DNA from: Escherichia phage vB_Eco_CWW26
Sequence record: PQ900155.1
Length of the DNA stretch: 48,021 bases
Direction: 5' to 3' (one strand)
In this document: in pieces, positions 1-8,840 of the stretch
How the letters are laid out: the number at the start of each line of letters is the position of its first letter
Position numbering within the stretch: position 1 is the first letter of the stretch
Translations under genes and position numbers: made by a program
The notes under the pieces: generated by a model
Told to the model about the DNA's origin: nothing
Databases searched by the model: none
What the model saw: the letters and a program-made list of their open reading frames with translations, nothing else

Positions 1-300
1 TACTCGTCAACACCTCATTTTACCCCGAAATACCCGAGCTATCGGGGTGGTGAATTTACATTCACAATCATAGGTTTACGCGCATAACCGAAAACCCCGT
101 ACATTCTTCCCTTCTTCCTTCTTATAAACCTTATAAACTATACATTATGTATTATACTACATTTATACTATATATTATATACTTTCTATTACTACTAATT
201 ACTATTTTATAAGGGTATAAGGGTAATAAGTAGTATAGTACTGAAAGGTAAAGAGTTTTTGATACCCCGATGAAGTACCCCGAACGACTTTCAACGGGGT
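1..300. repeat. 300-bp direct repeat, copy A (hairpins, TACCCCGA iterons, ~130-bp AT-rich core)
   Basis: By eye, 1-300 matches 14844-15143; 47945-48021 matches 1-77 (genome wrap). Hairpin CCCCGA-N13-TCGGGG at 23-47; TACCCCGA at 21, 263, 276; AT-rich 111-240. Confidence 0.9.
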
Positions 301-365
301 ATGTGGCAATGACGGTACAGTCATGGTAAAATCGTGGCATTAGAGACAATGACGTGGGGACCATC

Positions 366-824
366 ATGGCAAGGGCTAAACTTAACGAACATGGTGTGAC
401 AGAGCAGCAAGAGAAGTTTGCTCAGGCATTTGTGGAAACGGGTAACGCATCCGAGTCATATCGCCGCTCGTATAACACTTCCCGCATGGCCGTAAACACC
501 ATCGCTAAACGTGCATCTGAAATGCTGGATAACGGGGCAGTTGCGGGGAGAATTGCCTCACTTCGTCAAGTTCATTCAAAGCGCCACAACGTGACAGTTG
601 ATTCACTCGTTGCGGAACTGGAAGAAATTAAAAACGTTGCGCTGTCCGCCGAGACGCCGCAATCATCCGCAGCTGTGGCAGCAGTGCTCGGTAAAGCGAA
701 ACTGATGGGACTGGATAAGCAACTGGTTCAGTTGTCCGGCGGTCTGGATAATGTGAATACAAATATCAACATTACCGCCGAAGATGTGAAAGTATTTAAA
801 AAGGCGTTTAACGATGAATTTTAA
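366..824 (+). CDS. terS: terminase small subunit (putative)
   Basis: ORF 354..824; ATG at 366 preceded by GGGGA. Small protein immediately upstream of and overlapping the terminase large subunit gene. Assignment by position and size. Confidence 0.55.
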   Translation: MARAKLNEHGVTEQQEKFAQAFVETGNASESYRRSYNTSRMAVNTIAKRASEMLDNGAVAGRIASLRQVHSKRHNVTVDSLVAELEEIKNVALSAETPQSSAAVAAVLGKAKLMGLDKQLVQLSGGLDNVNTNINITAEDVKVFKKAFNDEF

Positions 825-2262
825 TTCCCCAAAAGAATTAAAATTACTGCGCCTCGCACTTGAGGAAGATTTTACTTTATTTGCTCGTTTCTTCTTTAAA
901 GTTTTAAAAGGGACTAAATTTGTATTTAGTGACCACCATCATGTAATTTGTGATGCGTTGATGGATGTATTTTACGGTCGCACCACTCATTTAATAATTA
1001 ACATGCCGCCCCGTTATTCGAAAACCGAACTGGCTGTTAAATTATTTTCCGCATGGTGCTACGTTAAGAATCCCAAGTGTGAATTTATTCACCTGTCGTA
1101 TGCTGATATTCTCGCGCTGGATAACTCCGAATCAATCAAATCAGTTTTGAAGTCTGAAGAGTTTCAAAAACTGTGGCCTCATGTGACCATCAAGGCGAAT
1201 AAGGATTCGAAGAAGGCGTGGGGCACTGACCAGGGTGGTGTATTCTATGCGACGGCTGCGGGTGGCCCTATCACTGGTTTTGGTGCTGGCAAACTGGACG
1301 ACTTCGAGAACGGTAATGGGTTTGGTGGTGCAATCATCATCGATGACCCGTTAAAACCAGATGACGCGTATTCTGACCCAAAACGTAACGGTGTTAACCG
1401 TCGCTGGGATGAAACCATCAAATCACGTTTTAACTCCACAAAGACGCCCTGCATTGTCATCATGCAGCGACTTCACGAGGAGGACTTTTGCGGCACCCTG
1501 TTGAAAGACGAGGAGTATAATTTCCGTCATCTGGTGCTTCCTGCCATTGTGGACGAGGGTTTACCGACGGAGCGTGCGTTGTGGCCCCAGAAACACTCTC
1601 TGGAAGCCCTCAAAGCGATGCAGAAGAAAAACTCGTACATGTTCTCCGGTCAGATGCAGCAACGTCCCTCACCGCTCGGGGGCGGCATTCTGAAGGGGTC
1701 ATGGTTCGGACGTTACACCGTTGTGCCAAAGCTGAAATACAGAGCGGTGTTTATCGATACGGCGCAGAAAGCCAAAGAGCATAACGACTATCAGGTCGCC
1801 GAACTGTGGGGACTGGGTGAGGATGGGTATCTGTATCTCCTCGACGTCATGCGTGACAAGTTCGAAGCGTATGAGCTTGAGGTAAAAATTCCCGACTTCT
1901 GGAACAAGCACCGCAATGACAAAAACGGTCGTTTGCGTTACATGGCTGTCGAAGATAAATCATCCGGCACAGAACTTATCCAGAAGATTCGCCGCAAAAT
2001 TAAACCCGTGATACCCGTGCGGGAGATACCACGTGGACCGGCGGCAAATAAATTAACCCGCGTGATGGATGTACAGGGTTACATTGAGTCAGGATATGTT
2101 AAGATACCCGAAGATGCCCCATGGGTTCATGACTTCGTTACGGAGTGTGAAGCGTTCACTGCCGATGATACACACGCTCACGATGACCAGATTGACCCAA
2201 TGTGTGATGCAATTAGTCAAATGCTCCACAATGGCAAAGCAACCGTTTCGGAGATTTTATAA
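814..2262 (+). CDS. terL: terminase large subunit
   Basis: 482 aa; Walker A-like PPRYSKTE, Walker B-like AIIIDDP, C-terminal acidic nuclease-like region; sits between terS and portal. Confidence 0.75.
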   Translation: MNFNSPKELKLLRLALEEDFTLFARFFFKVLKGTKFVFSDHHHVICDALMDVFYGRTTHLIINMPPRYSKTELAVKLFSAWCYVKNPKCEFIHLSYADILALDNSESIKSVLKSEEFQKLWPHVTIKANKDSKKAWGTDQGGVFYATAAGGPITGFGAGKLDDFENGNGFGGAIIIDDPLKPDDAYSDPKRNGVNRRWDETIKSRFNSTKTPCIVIMQRLHEEDFCGTLLKDEEYNFRHLVLPAIVDEGLPTERALWPQKHSLEALKAMQKKNSYMFSGQMQQRPSPLGGGILKGSWFGRYTVVPKLKYRAVFIDTAQKAKEHNDYQVAELWGLGEDGYLYLLDVMRDKFEAYELEVKIPDFWNKHRNDKNGRLRYMAVEDKSSGTELIQKIRRKIKPVIPVREIPRGPAANKLTRVMDVQGYIESGYVKIPEDAPWVHDFVTECEAFTADDTHAHDDQIDPMCDAISQMLHNGKATVSEIL

Positions 2263-2264
2263 AC

Positions 2265-3674
2265 ATGGCTAAGGCTGCTAAAACAAACCTTCATCTCATG
2301 CCAGCTACAACAACCGACGGGCTGGTAAACGTCGTATCTGGTCTCGGAACGTGGAAAGCAAAACGCTCTCACAACGCGTTCCAGTATGCCGCGCTGTCCA
2401 ACTGGCAACAACTTGACGCAGCTTACCAGACTAACTGGCTGGCTCGTCAGATTGTGGAAATACCTGCCGAAGACATGTGTCGTGAGTGGCGCACTATCAA
2501 GTGCAAGGAAGCTGATGACATCCGTATCGAGGAGGACCGACTGATGATACCTGCCGTTGTACAGGAGGCTGTCACATGGGCGCGTCTGTACGGTGGTGGT
2601 GGTATTCTCATGCTGACCGGTCAGGACCTGTCAAAGCCGCTCGACGTGCGCCGTATTCGTAAAGGTGATTTGAAGCGTTGTATCGTGTTTGACCGTCATG
2701 ATATGTCACCTCTCACCATGAACACCTGGGACATTCTGGCACCTAATTACATGATGCCGGAGTATTACACCATTACTGGTGGTGGACAACAAATCCACTG
2801 GACCCATTTTGCGCGTTTCAATGGTAAGCGTTTGCCGCGTCGCCAGATGGTCCAGACTCAGGGATGGGGTGACAGTGAGTTACGCGTGTGCCTCGATGAC
2901 ATCATGGACATGGTTGCGTCGAAGGATGGCATCGCGGAACTGATGCAGGAAGCAAACGTTGATGTGGTCAAGCGTGAAGGGTTGTCCGATGAGTTAGCCA
3001 GTGACCAGGATGACGCGATTGTGTCGCGTTACACTCTGTTCAGTCAGATGAAGTCACTGGTGCAAATGGCCCTGCTGGACGGTGACGAGTCATACGAACG
3101 TAAGACGCTCGACCTGGGCGGCGTTGCACCGGTGCTTGAGACGTTCATGACGTGGATTAGTGGTGCAGCTGACATTCCTGTCACGCGCCTGTTCGGTACT
3201 TCAGCCAAAGGTTTAAACGCCACGGGTGAAGGGGACATGAACAACTATAACAACTCCATCCGTTCTAAACAGTTGACACAAGTTGACCCGGGGTTGCGCC
3301 AGCTTGATGAGGTGCTGGTACGTAGCGCACTGGGTTACTGGCCTGACGACTTCAACTATGTGTGGAATCCACTCGCACAGCCCAATGAGTTACAGATTGC
3401 ACAGGCCGCTAAAACACGCGCTGATAAGGACATGTTGTATCTCGCAGAAGGTGTTATCACCGTGTCACAGGTGCAGCGCAATCTGGAAGCCGCCGAAGAG
3501 TATCAGTTTGAAGACGGTCAGATTGATGAGCAGTCAGAGACTGAGAAAGAAATGTCCACTGTGCAACGCCCTGAGCCTGACGAGCAGACCACGGACGCAT
3601 TCTGGATACGTTACAATGGGTATGTGGCTGACGGACTGTCGCACGATGAGATAATGGCAAAACTGGCCCAGTAA
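2265..3674 (+). CDS. portal protein (putative)
   Basis: 469-aa ORF starting 3 bp after terL stop; size and position typical of portal. No motif verified. Confidence 0.55.
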   Translation: MAKAAKTNLHLMPATTTDGLVNVVSGLGTWKAKRSHNAFQYAALSNWQQLDAAYQTNWLARQIVEIPAEDMCREWRTIKCKEADDIRIEEDRLMIPAVVQEAVTWARLYGGGGILMLTGQDLSKPLDVRRIRKGDLKRCIVFDRHDMSPLTMNTWDILAPNYMMPEYYTITGGGQQIHWTHFARFNGKRLPRRQMVQTQGWGDSELRVCLDDIMDMVASKDGIAELMQEANVDVVKREGLSDELASDQDDAIVSRYTLFSQMKSLVQMALLDGDESYERKTLDLGGVAPVLETFMTWISGAADIPVTRLFGTSAKGLNATGEGDMNNYNNSIRSKQLTQVDPGLRQLDEVLVRSALGYWPDDFNYVWNPLAQPNELQIAQAAKTRADKDMLYLAEGVITVSQVQRNLEAAEEYQFEDGQIDEQSETEKEMSTVQRPEPDEQTTDAFWIRYNGYVADGLSHDEIMAKLAQ

Positions 3675-3688
3675 CGGGCCAGTTTGGT

Positions 3689-3811
3689 TTATTTCTGCTT
3701 CGTAAAGCCACCACAACCACACTTCGGACACATCGTGTAACTCACGCCTTTCTTTTCAACCCGGTCAAGATGGTGATGCTCATGCTTGCATGCTACGCAG
3801 ATGATAATCAT
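3689..3811 (-). CDS. small zinc-ribbon-like protein (40 aa)
   Basis: Hand-translated MIIICVACKHEHHHLDRVEKKGVSYTMCPKCGCGGFTKQK; start overlaps stop of upstream gene (TAATG coupling). Below the 60-aa ORF-track cutoff. Confidence 0.3.
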   Translation of the reverse strand: MIIICVACKHEHHHLDRVEKKGVSYTMCPKCGCGGFTKQK

Positions 3812-4419
3812 TAATCCTCCAGCTTCACGCCGGGAATTTTACCGGCTGCGATGGCGTCGTAGATATGTTTAGCAATGTGCTTGATTTGCTCATTATTGTT
3901 GCTAATTAACTGACTAGCTTTTCCTATCTCGGAAATAGTCTCATCACGCTTGCGCTCTGCTTCGGTGCGGAGTGGGCGGAATCCGCAAACATTACCAACA
4001 AAAAATGGCTGACTTCCGTCAGATGGTTTAAGGCATGCACCATCGCCATCATAAACAAGGACAGTTACTGGAAGCCAATCATGGTCGCCGCTTGCTAGCC
4101 ACTCACACTCGACACCAACCGGCGGAAGACCTTCTCCGTTCCATGCTGGCTTTTGAGATTCGGCTAGTGCTGCTTTGTATTGCCAATAGGTCACTATCGA
4201 CTCCTTGTGGTCGTAAGATAAAGGCATGACCCATTCACCACACCAGAAATACATAAGGCTATTCCCTGTGTGATGTTTCCATGATAATCCATCATAGTGG
4301 GGATCATTCGTGTCCCATACACACAGGGAACCGTCATTATCTTGAGTAATTGACAGCGCACCCTCCGGCCAACCGCCACGCTTTGGTAATTCCTGACACA
4401 ATAGTTCAAGTAATGTCAT
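3811..4419 (-). CDS. hypothetical protein (202 aa)
   Basis: ORF track; second gene of a leftward cassette driven by the promoter at 4646-4674; 4-bp overlap with upstream gene. Confidence 0.5.
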   Translation of the reverse strand: MTLLELLCQELPKRGGWPEGALSITQDNDGSLCVWDTNDPHYDGLSWKHHTGNSLMYFWCGEWVMPLSYDHKESIVTYWQYKAALAESQKPAWNGEGLPPVGVECEWLASGDHDWLPVTVLVYDGDGACLKPSDGSQPFFVGNVCGFRPLRTEAERKRDETISEIGKASQLISNNNEQIKHIAKHIYDAIAAGKIPGVKLED

Positions 4420-4610
4420 TTTGTCTCTCCTGTTGCTTTAAGATAGTGTCGTGCTTTGTCAGTGAGTTGAAAGTTGCCCATCCCGAAGCGAGTTGGTTCT
4501 ATGTAACCTTTGTCCAATAAATCTTCCACTGTCTGAGGTATCACCCGCCAGAAACGTGTATTTTTGAAACTTTTAAGCATGCTAATTTCACGCTTCGTTA
4601 AACTGTCCAT
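4416..4610 (-). CDS. hypothetical protein (64 aa)
   Basis: ORF track; GGGAGGAG SD 5 nt upstream of ATG at 4610; first gene after the leftward promoter. Confidence 0.5.
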   Translation of the reverse strand: MDSLTKREISMLKSFKNTRFWRVIPQTVEDLLDKGYIEPTRFGMGNFQLTDKARHYLKATGETK

Positions 4611-4645
4611 CTCTACTCCTCCCGCTGAATTGTGATAACATGTAC

Positions 4646-4674
4646 ACTCTACTCCATACTGACGAGGCCGTCAA
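4646..4674 (-). promoter_or_regulatory. sigma70-like promoter, palindromic -35 (leftward)
   Basis: Minus strand reads TTGACG-gcctcgtcagtatggag-TAGAGT (17-bp spacer); palindrome CTGACGAGGCCGTCAA at 4659-4674; about 40 bp upstream of ATG 4610. Confidence 0.55.
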
Positions 4675-4676
4675 GC

Positions 4677-5462
4677 ATGTCACGACAAACAGAGCTAAAT
4701 TATTATCGCCAGCTGAAACAGGTTGCACAGCTTGTTCGTGAGGATGTGGACGCCAACATCGTCCCGCTGGTGAAACAGCTTGCGCCGGAGTACACGGCTG
4801 ACGGCTGGAGTGACACTATCACCTCGGCGATTAACCAGTTGCTCACACGGTGGCTTGGTGCGTTTGCTCGTCGTCAGGCTGAGACTATTGCGTCACAGTT
4901 TGTACAGACTGCGGCAAAGGATAACGCCCGCTCATTCGCTATCAATCTGTACGGCGGCGATACACAGCTACAGGAATATCTCAGCGCCGCATCGTATCAG
5001 AACGCTAAACTCATTCAGTCCATTCCGGCTCAGTATCTGGAGCAGGTGCAGAACATCGTCATGACCAACATGCGTAACGGTATGCGCCCCAGTTACATCG
5101 AGGAAGCACTTGTTAAACAATTTGGTATCACGGAGCGTCGTGCCAAACTTATCGCCCGGGACCAGACCAGTAAAATACAGGGCGATATGAACCGCATTCG
5201 CCAGACGAACAGCGGTATTGAGTATTTCAAATGGGTGACGTCACAGGATGAGCGGGTACGTCATAGCCACGTGGAGGTCGCCAAACGCGATGTGGGATTC
5301 GGTGAAGGTGTATTCCGCTGGGATGATTTGCCGGTTGTCGATGGTGTACCAACATTTCCGGGTCAGCCAATAAATTGCCGTTGTGTGGCGAGGCCAGTCA
5401 CAGCGGCACAGGTGGAGCGGAATAAAAGGGCCGGTAAAACCGACCCAAGTGTTAAGCGATGA
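4677..5462 (+). CDS. head morphogenesis protein (Mu gpF / SPP1 gp7-like)
   Basis: C-terminal motif RVRHSH...DG...P...NCRC typical of this family; ATG at 4677 (ORF track begins at GTG 4632, which would overlap the leftward promoter). Confidence 0.65.
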   Translation: MSRQTELNYYRQLKQVAQLVREDVDANIVPLVKQLAPEYTADGWSDTITSAINQLLTRWLGAFARRQAETIASQFVQTAAKDNARSFAINLYGGDTQLQEYLSAASYQNAKLIQSIPAQYLEQVQNIVMTNMRNGMRPSYIEEALVKQFGITERRAKLIARDQTSKIQGDMNRIRQTNSGIEYFKWVTSQDERVRHSHVEVAKRDVGFGEGVFRWDDLPVVDGVPTFPGQPINCRCVARPVTAAQVERNKRAGKTDPSVKR

Positions 5463-5742
5463 TACCGTCGACCACTTTGTACCATTGCTCTTTAATATTA
5501 TCCAGTCGTGCTATATGTCTGGTAATTTGAGTTTCAAGATGAGCATGTGCACCCAGTAAACTACCAAATAACACCCATTTATCTTTGTGCATGTGAATGT
5601 GGACACCTGCGTTTTTACCAGTTCTGACGAAATCATATGAATTTTTATAGCTTCTATTCACATATCCTACAATGATTTCCGCTTGTGATATCTCATCGAT
5701 ATTTATTGGTAACGCAAATCTTATCTCTATCTCTTGCGTCAT
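5452..5742 (-). CDS. hypothetical protein (96 aa)
   Basis: ORF track; last gene of a leftward cassette; His-rich segment GVHIHMH...GAHAHLE. Confidence 0.4.
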   Translation of the reverse strand: MTQEIEIRFALPINIDEISQAEIIVGYVNRSYKNSYDFVRTGKNAGVHIHMHKDKWVLFGSLLGAHAHLETQITRHIARLDNIKEQWYKVVDGIIA

Positions 5743-5852
5743 TATTTACCCTTCCACGTTTCAATTAAACTTTCAATACCCAGGAACAGTAAGTAGCCAA
5801 ATACCAACGTTCCGAACCAGTGGTCAGCAATGAAGTTGAGTACGTCAATCAT
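5742..5852 (-). CDS. small membrane protein (36 aa, putative)
   Basis: MIDVLNFIADHWFGTLVFGYLLFLGIESLIETWKGK; one hydrophobic helix; ATGA overlap with upstream gene. Confidence 0.3.
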   Translation of the reverse strand: MIDVLNFIADHWFGTLVFGYLLFLGIESLIETWKGK

Positions 5853-6037
5853 TTCCCACGTCCTCTGAACACTCGATTCAACACTTCCCACAGTCCGGAA
5901 ATTACAGCAACCGGACCAAATGCGACAATTGTCCATGCCTGCCACTTATATTCCAGTTCCAGAGGCACCGTGGCGATTGTTACTATAATTACCCACCCTG
6001 CAAGCAGGATAATCAGTACACCTTTGGTAATATCCAT
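5849..6037 (-). CDS. small membrane protein (62 aa, two predicted TM helices)
   Basis: ORF track; two hydrophobic stretches (LIILLAGWVIIVTIATV and IVAFGPVAVISGLW). Confidence 0.45.
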   Translation of the reverse strand: MDITKGVLIILLAGWVIIVTIATVPLELEYKWQAWTIVAFGPVAVISGLWEVLNRVFRGRGK

Positions 6038-6234
6038 TAGCCCAACACCTTATTAACAAGTTGGTCCATCGCGGTCCATCGCTTAGATGCCGAACCATCC
6101 TCTTTAGTCGCGGTGAATGTCACAATATCCTCGAGGAAGTTCATTTTAAAGTTTGTCACAGTGATAACACCGTCTGCATCAATAATCCGGTCATTGTTGC
6201 GGAGCATTACCGCTTTAATTGGTTTATAGTTCAT
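6037..6234 (-). CDS. hypothetical protein (65 aa)
   Basis: ORF track; translationally coupled within the leftward cassette. Confidence 0.4.
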   Translation of the reverse strand: MNYKPIKAVMLRNNDRIIDADGVITVTNFKMNFLEDIVTFTATKEDGSASKRWTAMDQLVNKVLG

Positions 6235-6380
6235 TTTCCATACGCCTCACGTAATGCAGCATTAGCGAGCGCCCAATCATCATGCTTGCGCGCAAGCTGC
6301 TGTGCGGTCTGTAACAGTTCTTTATCAATGACCCGCGCCTCTGATACGGGGCGGTCGTAGCCAGGAAGTAATGTGTTCAT
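6231..6380 (-). CDS. hypothetical protein (49 aa)
   Basis: Hand-translated MNTLLPGYDRPVSEARVIDKELLQTAQQLARKHDDWALANAALREAYGK; GAGAGGG SD; stop overlaps next ATG; about 45 bp downstream of the promoter. Confidence 0.35.
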   Translation of the reverse strand: MNTLLPGYDRPVSEARVIDKELLQTAQQLARKHDDWALANAALREAYGK

Positions 6381-6411
6381 CTCTCAAACCCTCTCTGTTG
6401 TTGATGAATTA

Positions 6412-6441
6412 AGTATACGTCATCCCTGACGAACTCGTCAA
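6412..6441 (-). promoter_or_regulatory. sigma70-like promoter, palindromic -35 (leftward)
   Basis: Minus strand TTGACG-N18-TATACT; palindrome CTGACGAACTCGTCAA at 6426-6441. Confidence 0.5.
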
Positions 6442-6447
6442 CTTAAA

Positions 6448-6633
6448 TCACTCCTGCGGCGGCTCGGGTAATGGTTGCCAGTGTGTGGGAGTAAATAAAG
6501 CGCCATAAACTCGCCAGTTACCGCTTAATCCTTCGCTATAGAAACCAGTCTTCATTCCGCAATACTTCTTTGTCACCAGTACATCAACGCCTTCTTCTGG
6601 TAATTTATCACTACACTTAATCCAGTCTGCCAT
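6448..6633 (-). CDS. DUF551-like phage protein
   Basis: C-terminal THWQPLPEPP matches the DUF551 signature as I recall it; upstream KCSDKLPEEG. Confidence 0.5.
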   Translation of the reverse strand: MADWIKCSDKLPEEGVDVLVTKKYCGMKTGFYSEGLSGNWRVYGALFTPTHWQPLPEPPQE

Positions 6634-6814
6634 ACAATGTCCCCACTCGTTTCAAATCGCGCTGTGCGTGACAGCTGTAATTACCATCGTCCCATTTGAC
6701 CCAGTATTGCGGCGGGTCATTTGCGACAACATTTTTAACTGTGCCGGTAACGACACCATCGGGGAATAACTTCACAAGTGTCCCGGTTGGGTAGCGTGGG
6801 ATGGTGCTGGTCAT
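6617..6814 (-). CDS. hypothetical protein (65 aa)
   Basis: ORF track; overlaps neighbours within the leftward cassette. Confidence 0.4.
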   Translation of the reverse strand: MTSTIPRYPTGTLVKLFPDGVVTGTVKNVVANDPPQYWVKWDDGNYSCHAQRDLKRVGTLYGRLD

Positions 6815-7104
6815 TCCAGTTCCTCATCTTTTTGATTAATGTACACTGGTTCACCAAACCATACGGGTGTGACATATCCCTTGATTTCATCAGCAATGCG
6901 ACTGGCGCACGATAGCGCCCCTGATTGTGAATGTATGCGACCGTTGGCATATTCAGTTTGATAGGCGTGAGGCTGCTCACCCTCATACAACGGTTTCAGT
7001 TTATACCCAAACATGACAGCGTTGTTATGCGCCACACTGCCCGCGCGGACCAGATATGTCGTACCGCGATTGGTTGTCACTTCATATGCGTATGGTGTGT
7101 TCAT
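6811..7104 (-). CDS. hypothetical protein (97 aa)
   Basis: ORF track; 4-bp overlap with upstream gene. Confidence 0.4.
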   Translation of the reverse strand: MNTPYAYEVTTNRGTTYLVRAGSVAHNNAVMFGYKLKPLYEGEQPHAYQTEYANGRIHSQSGALSCASRIADEIKGYVTPVWFGEPVYINQKDEELE

Positions 7105-7658
7105 TTGTCACCCTCCGACAGTTCATTAATTAGACGCTCAAGATACCAGCGGGCCTTTTTCACATCTTCCAGGCCGTTCTTCTCTTCATAGCGCCACAGG
7201 TATTTAACAACGTTTGCCACACATACTGCCTCGATACCGGTCTTACCCACCGTGGCAGCGGTGATAGCGTCGATACACTCGATACCGCCTTGTGTGTAGT
7301 GTGACGGGTGGTTGACCATGTCGACATCAATGAGTGGAGTTTGAATGCAACCGAATTGTACAGTACCATCTGGGTGATGAATTGAACGCGGACGATTATC
7401 ATTGGTTGCTACAGGTTCGCGTTGGGCGATGATTTCTATGTTATAGGTAGCGTTAACGTCTCCTTCACCAAGCGTATTACAATCATCAAGACTTGACTCA
7501 CTGGGCCACCAAATTCTGTCCCCCACACTTTGCAAACCGTTACGGTTTTCCTCATATCCGATGTCGCCAGTTCCCAACTCTCTTATCACCTGCTTACACC
7601 AATCCGGCGCACATTCGAAGTCTTTCTCGTCACCTTTAATGTAGTTCCACGTGGTCAT
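7101..7658 (-). CDS. DUF3310-domain protein
   Basis: HPSHYTQGGIECIDAI...VVKYLWRYEEKNGLEDVKKARWYLERL resembles DUF3310; ATG at 7658 with GAGGAGA SD. The ORF-track N-terminus (to 7757) would overlap the promoter. Confidence 0.5.
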   Translation of the reverse strand: MTTWNYIKGDEKDFECAPDWCKQVIRELGTGDIGYEENRNGLQSVGDRIWWPSESSLDDCNTLGEGDVNATYNIEIIAQREPVATNDNRPRSIHHPDGTVQFGCIQTPLIDVDMVNHPSHYTQGGIECIDAITAATVGKTGIEAVCVANVVKYLWRYEEKNGLEDVKKARWYLERLINELSEGDK

Positions 7659-7704
7659 GTTGTATCTCCTCTGAAATATATGTATTATGTGTTTAACGAT
7701 TATC

Positions 7705-7733
7705 ACTATGGCATACTCTGACGGACTCGTCAA
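7705..7733 (-). promoter_or_regulatory. sigma70-like promoter, palindromic -35 (leftward)
   Basis: Minus strand TTGACG-agtccgtcagagtatgc-CATAGT; palindrome CTGACGGACTCGTCAA at 7718-7733. Confidence 0.5.
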
Positions 7734-7734
7734 C

Positions 7735-8829
7735 ATGCAAATCACCGTAACGCACAATGACCGTAAAAGTTTTGCACTGAATTCCCAACGTGTTTACACG
7801 GATGAGGGATTTCTGCGTGTGCCGGGTAAAGCCGCTCGTACTGGTATTCAGGAATATCTCGCTTCGGAACTGGGACTGAAAGGTCGCGCACCGAACGACA
7901 TTATCCGTGTGTACCGTCCCGCCGAAGAAGTGTTTAATGATGAATCACTTCAGAGCTATCTCGGTGCAGATGTCACGAATAACCATCCTCCTACGCTTGT
8001 CAATGCTTCCACATACCGTAATACTTCCGTTGGTGTTGTAACGAGTGTCGGTCGTCAGGACGGCGATTTCGTCATTGTGGATATGGTTATCAAGGATAAA
8101 GACGCGATTAAGGCTGTCGAAACCGGTAAGTGTGAGTTGTCAGCGGGTTACACGGCGGTGTATGATGATACACCGGGGACAACGCCGGAAGGTGAACCAT
8201 ACGACTTCCGACAGACTCAGATTAAAATTAACCACGTTGCAATTGTTGACCGTGCTCGTGCGGGTGCAATGGCGCGTATCTTCGATAATATGGAGAAAAA
8301 ACCCATGTATCAAATCACCACTGACACCGGGCTAAAAGTTGATGTGGCGGATGCTGCGGTAGTAGACGCGTTCAAACGCTTGGAACAGCGTGTCAGTGAC
8401 GCCGAAGCCGCCAAAGAAACCGTACAGGCTCAACTCGACGCAGCAATGGAACAGGTTGCCGACCTGACCACTAAATGCAGCGACGAAGCCCTGAAAGCAC
8501 GCGTGGAAGCAATCGCACGTGTTACCTCCTCAGCGCGTAAAGTTGCTGGCGATGAATTCACCTGTGACAGCATGGACCCGGTTACAATCAAACGTGCCGC
8601 TCTCGCTGTTAAACGTCCGTCTGTTGACTGGGCTGAAAAATCTGCCGCCTATGTTGAAGCCGCTTTCGACATGGCTGTGGAAGAACCGGTGAAACCTGTG
8701 GTAGACTCACAGCTTGAGCAACTGGCTAAAGATGGTGCTAAAGACATCAAACAGCCGGTAGCCGACGCAAAACCTGTACTGTCCCGCGCACAAGAAGCAC
8801 TGCTGCGTCAGACTGGTAAACTTAAATAA
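7735..8829 (+). CDS. head scaffolding / prohead core protein (putative)
   Basis: Directly upstream of capsid genes; C-terminal Ala/Glu-rich helical region. Start ambiguous (7708 or 7735), no clear SD. Confidence 0.4.
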   Translation: MQITVTHNDRKSFALNSQRVYTDEGFLRVPGKAARTGIQEYLASELGLKGRAPNDIIRVYRPAEEVFNDESLQSYLGADVTNNHPPTLVNASTYRNTSVGVVTSVGRQDGDFVIVDMVIKDKDAIKAVETGKCELSAGYTAVYDDTPGTTPEGEPYDFRQTQIKINHVAIVDRARAGAMARIFDNMEKKPMYQITTDTGLKVDVADAAVVDAFKRLEQRVSDAEAAKETVQAQLDAAMEQVADLTTKCSDEALKARVEAIARVTSSARKVAGDEFTCDSMDPVTIKRAALAVKRPSVDWAEKSAAYVEAAFDMAVEEPVKPVVDSQLEQLAKDGAKDIKQPVADAKPVLSRAQEALLRQTGKLK

Positions 8830-8840
8830 GGGTGACATAG

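Noticed and set aside
1-300. Interpreting the 300-bp repeat as direct terminal repeats of a linear genome
   Set aside because: The two copies are 14.8 kb apart within one 47.9-kb unit rather than at the two ends of a unit; terminal redundancy alone cannot place a copy at 14844.
152-367. 71-aa minus-strand ORF inside repeat copy A (and the matching 14995..15195 ORF in copy B)
   Set aside because: Lies in the AT-rich low-complexity core of the repeat; composition is Tyr/Leu/Ile-rich and driven by the AT bias, with no SD. Treated as spurious.
4659-4674. Reading the palindromic promoters in the rightward direction (e.g. as promoters for head morphogenesis, scaffold or chaperone genes)
   Set aside because: At 4659, 6426, 7718, 14838, 18822, 35836 and 38668 only the minus strand has a credible -10 at 17-18 bp; the + strand hexamers at that spacing are non-consensus.
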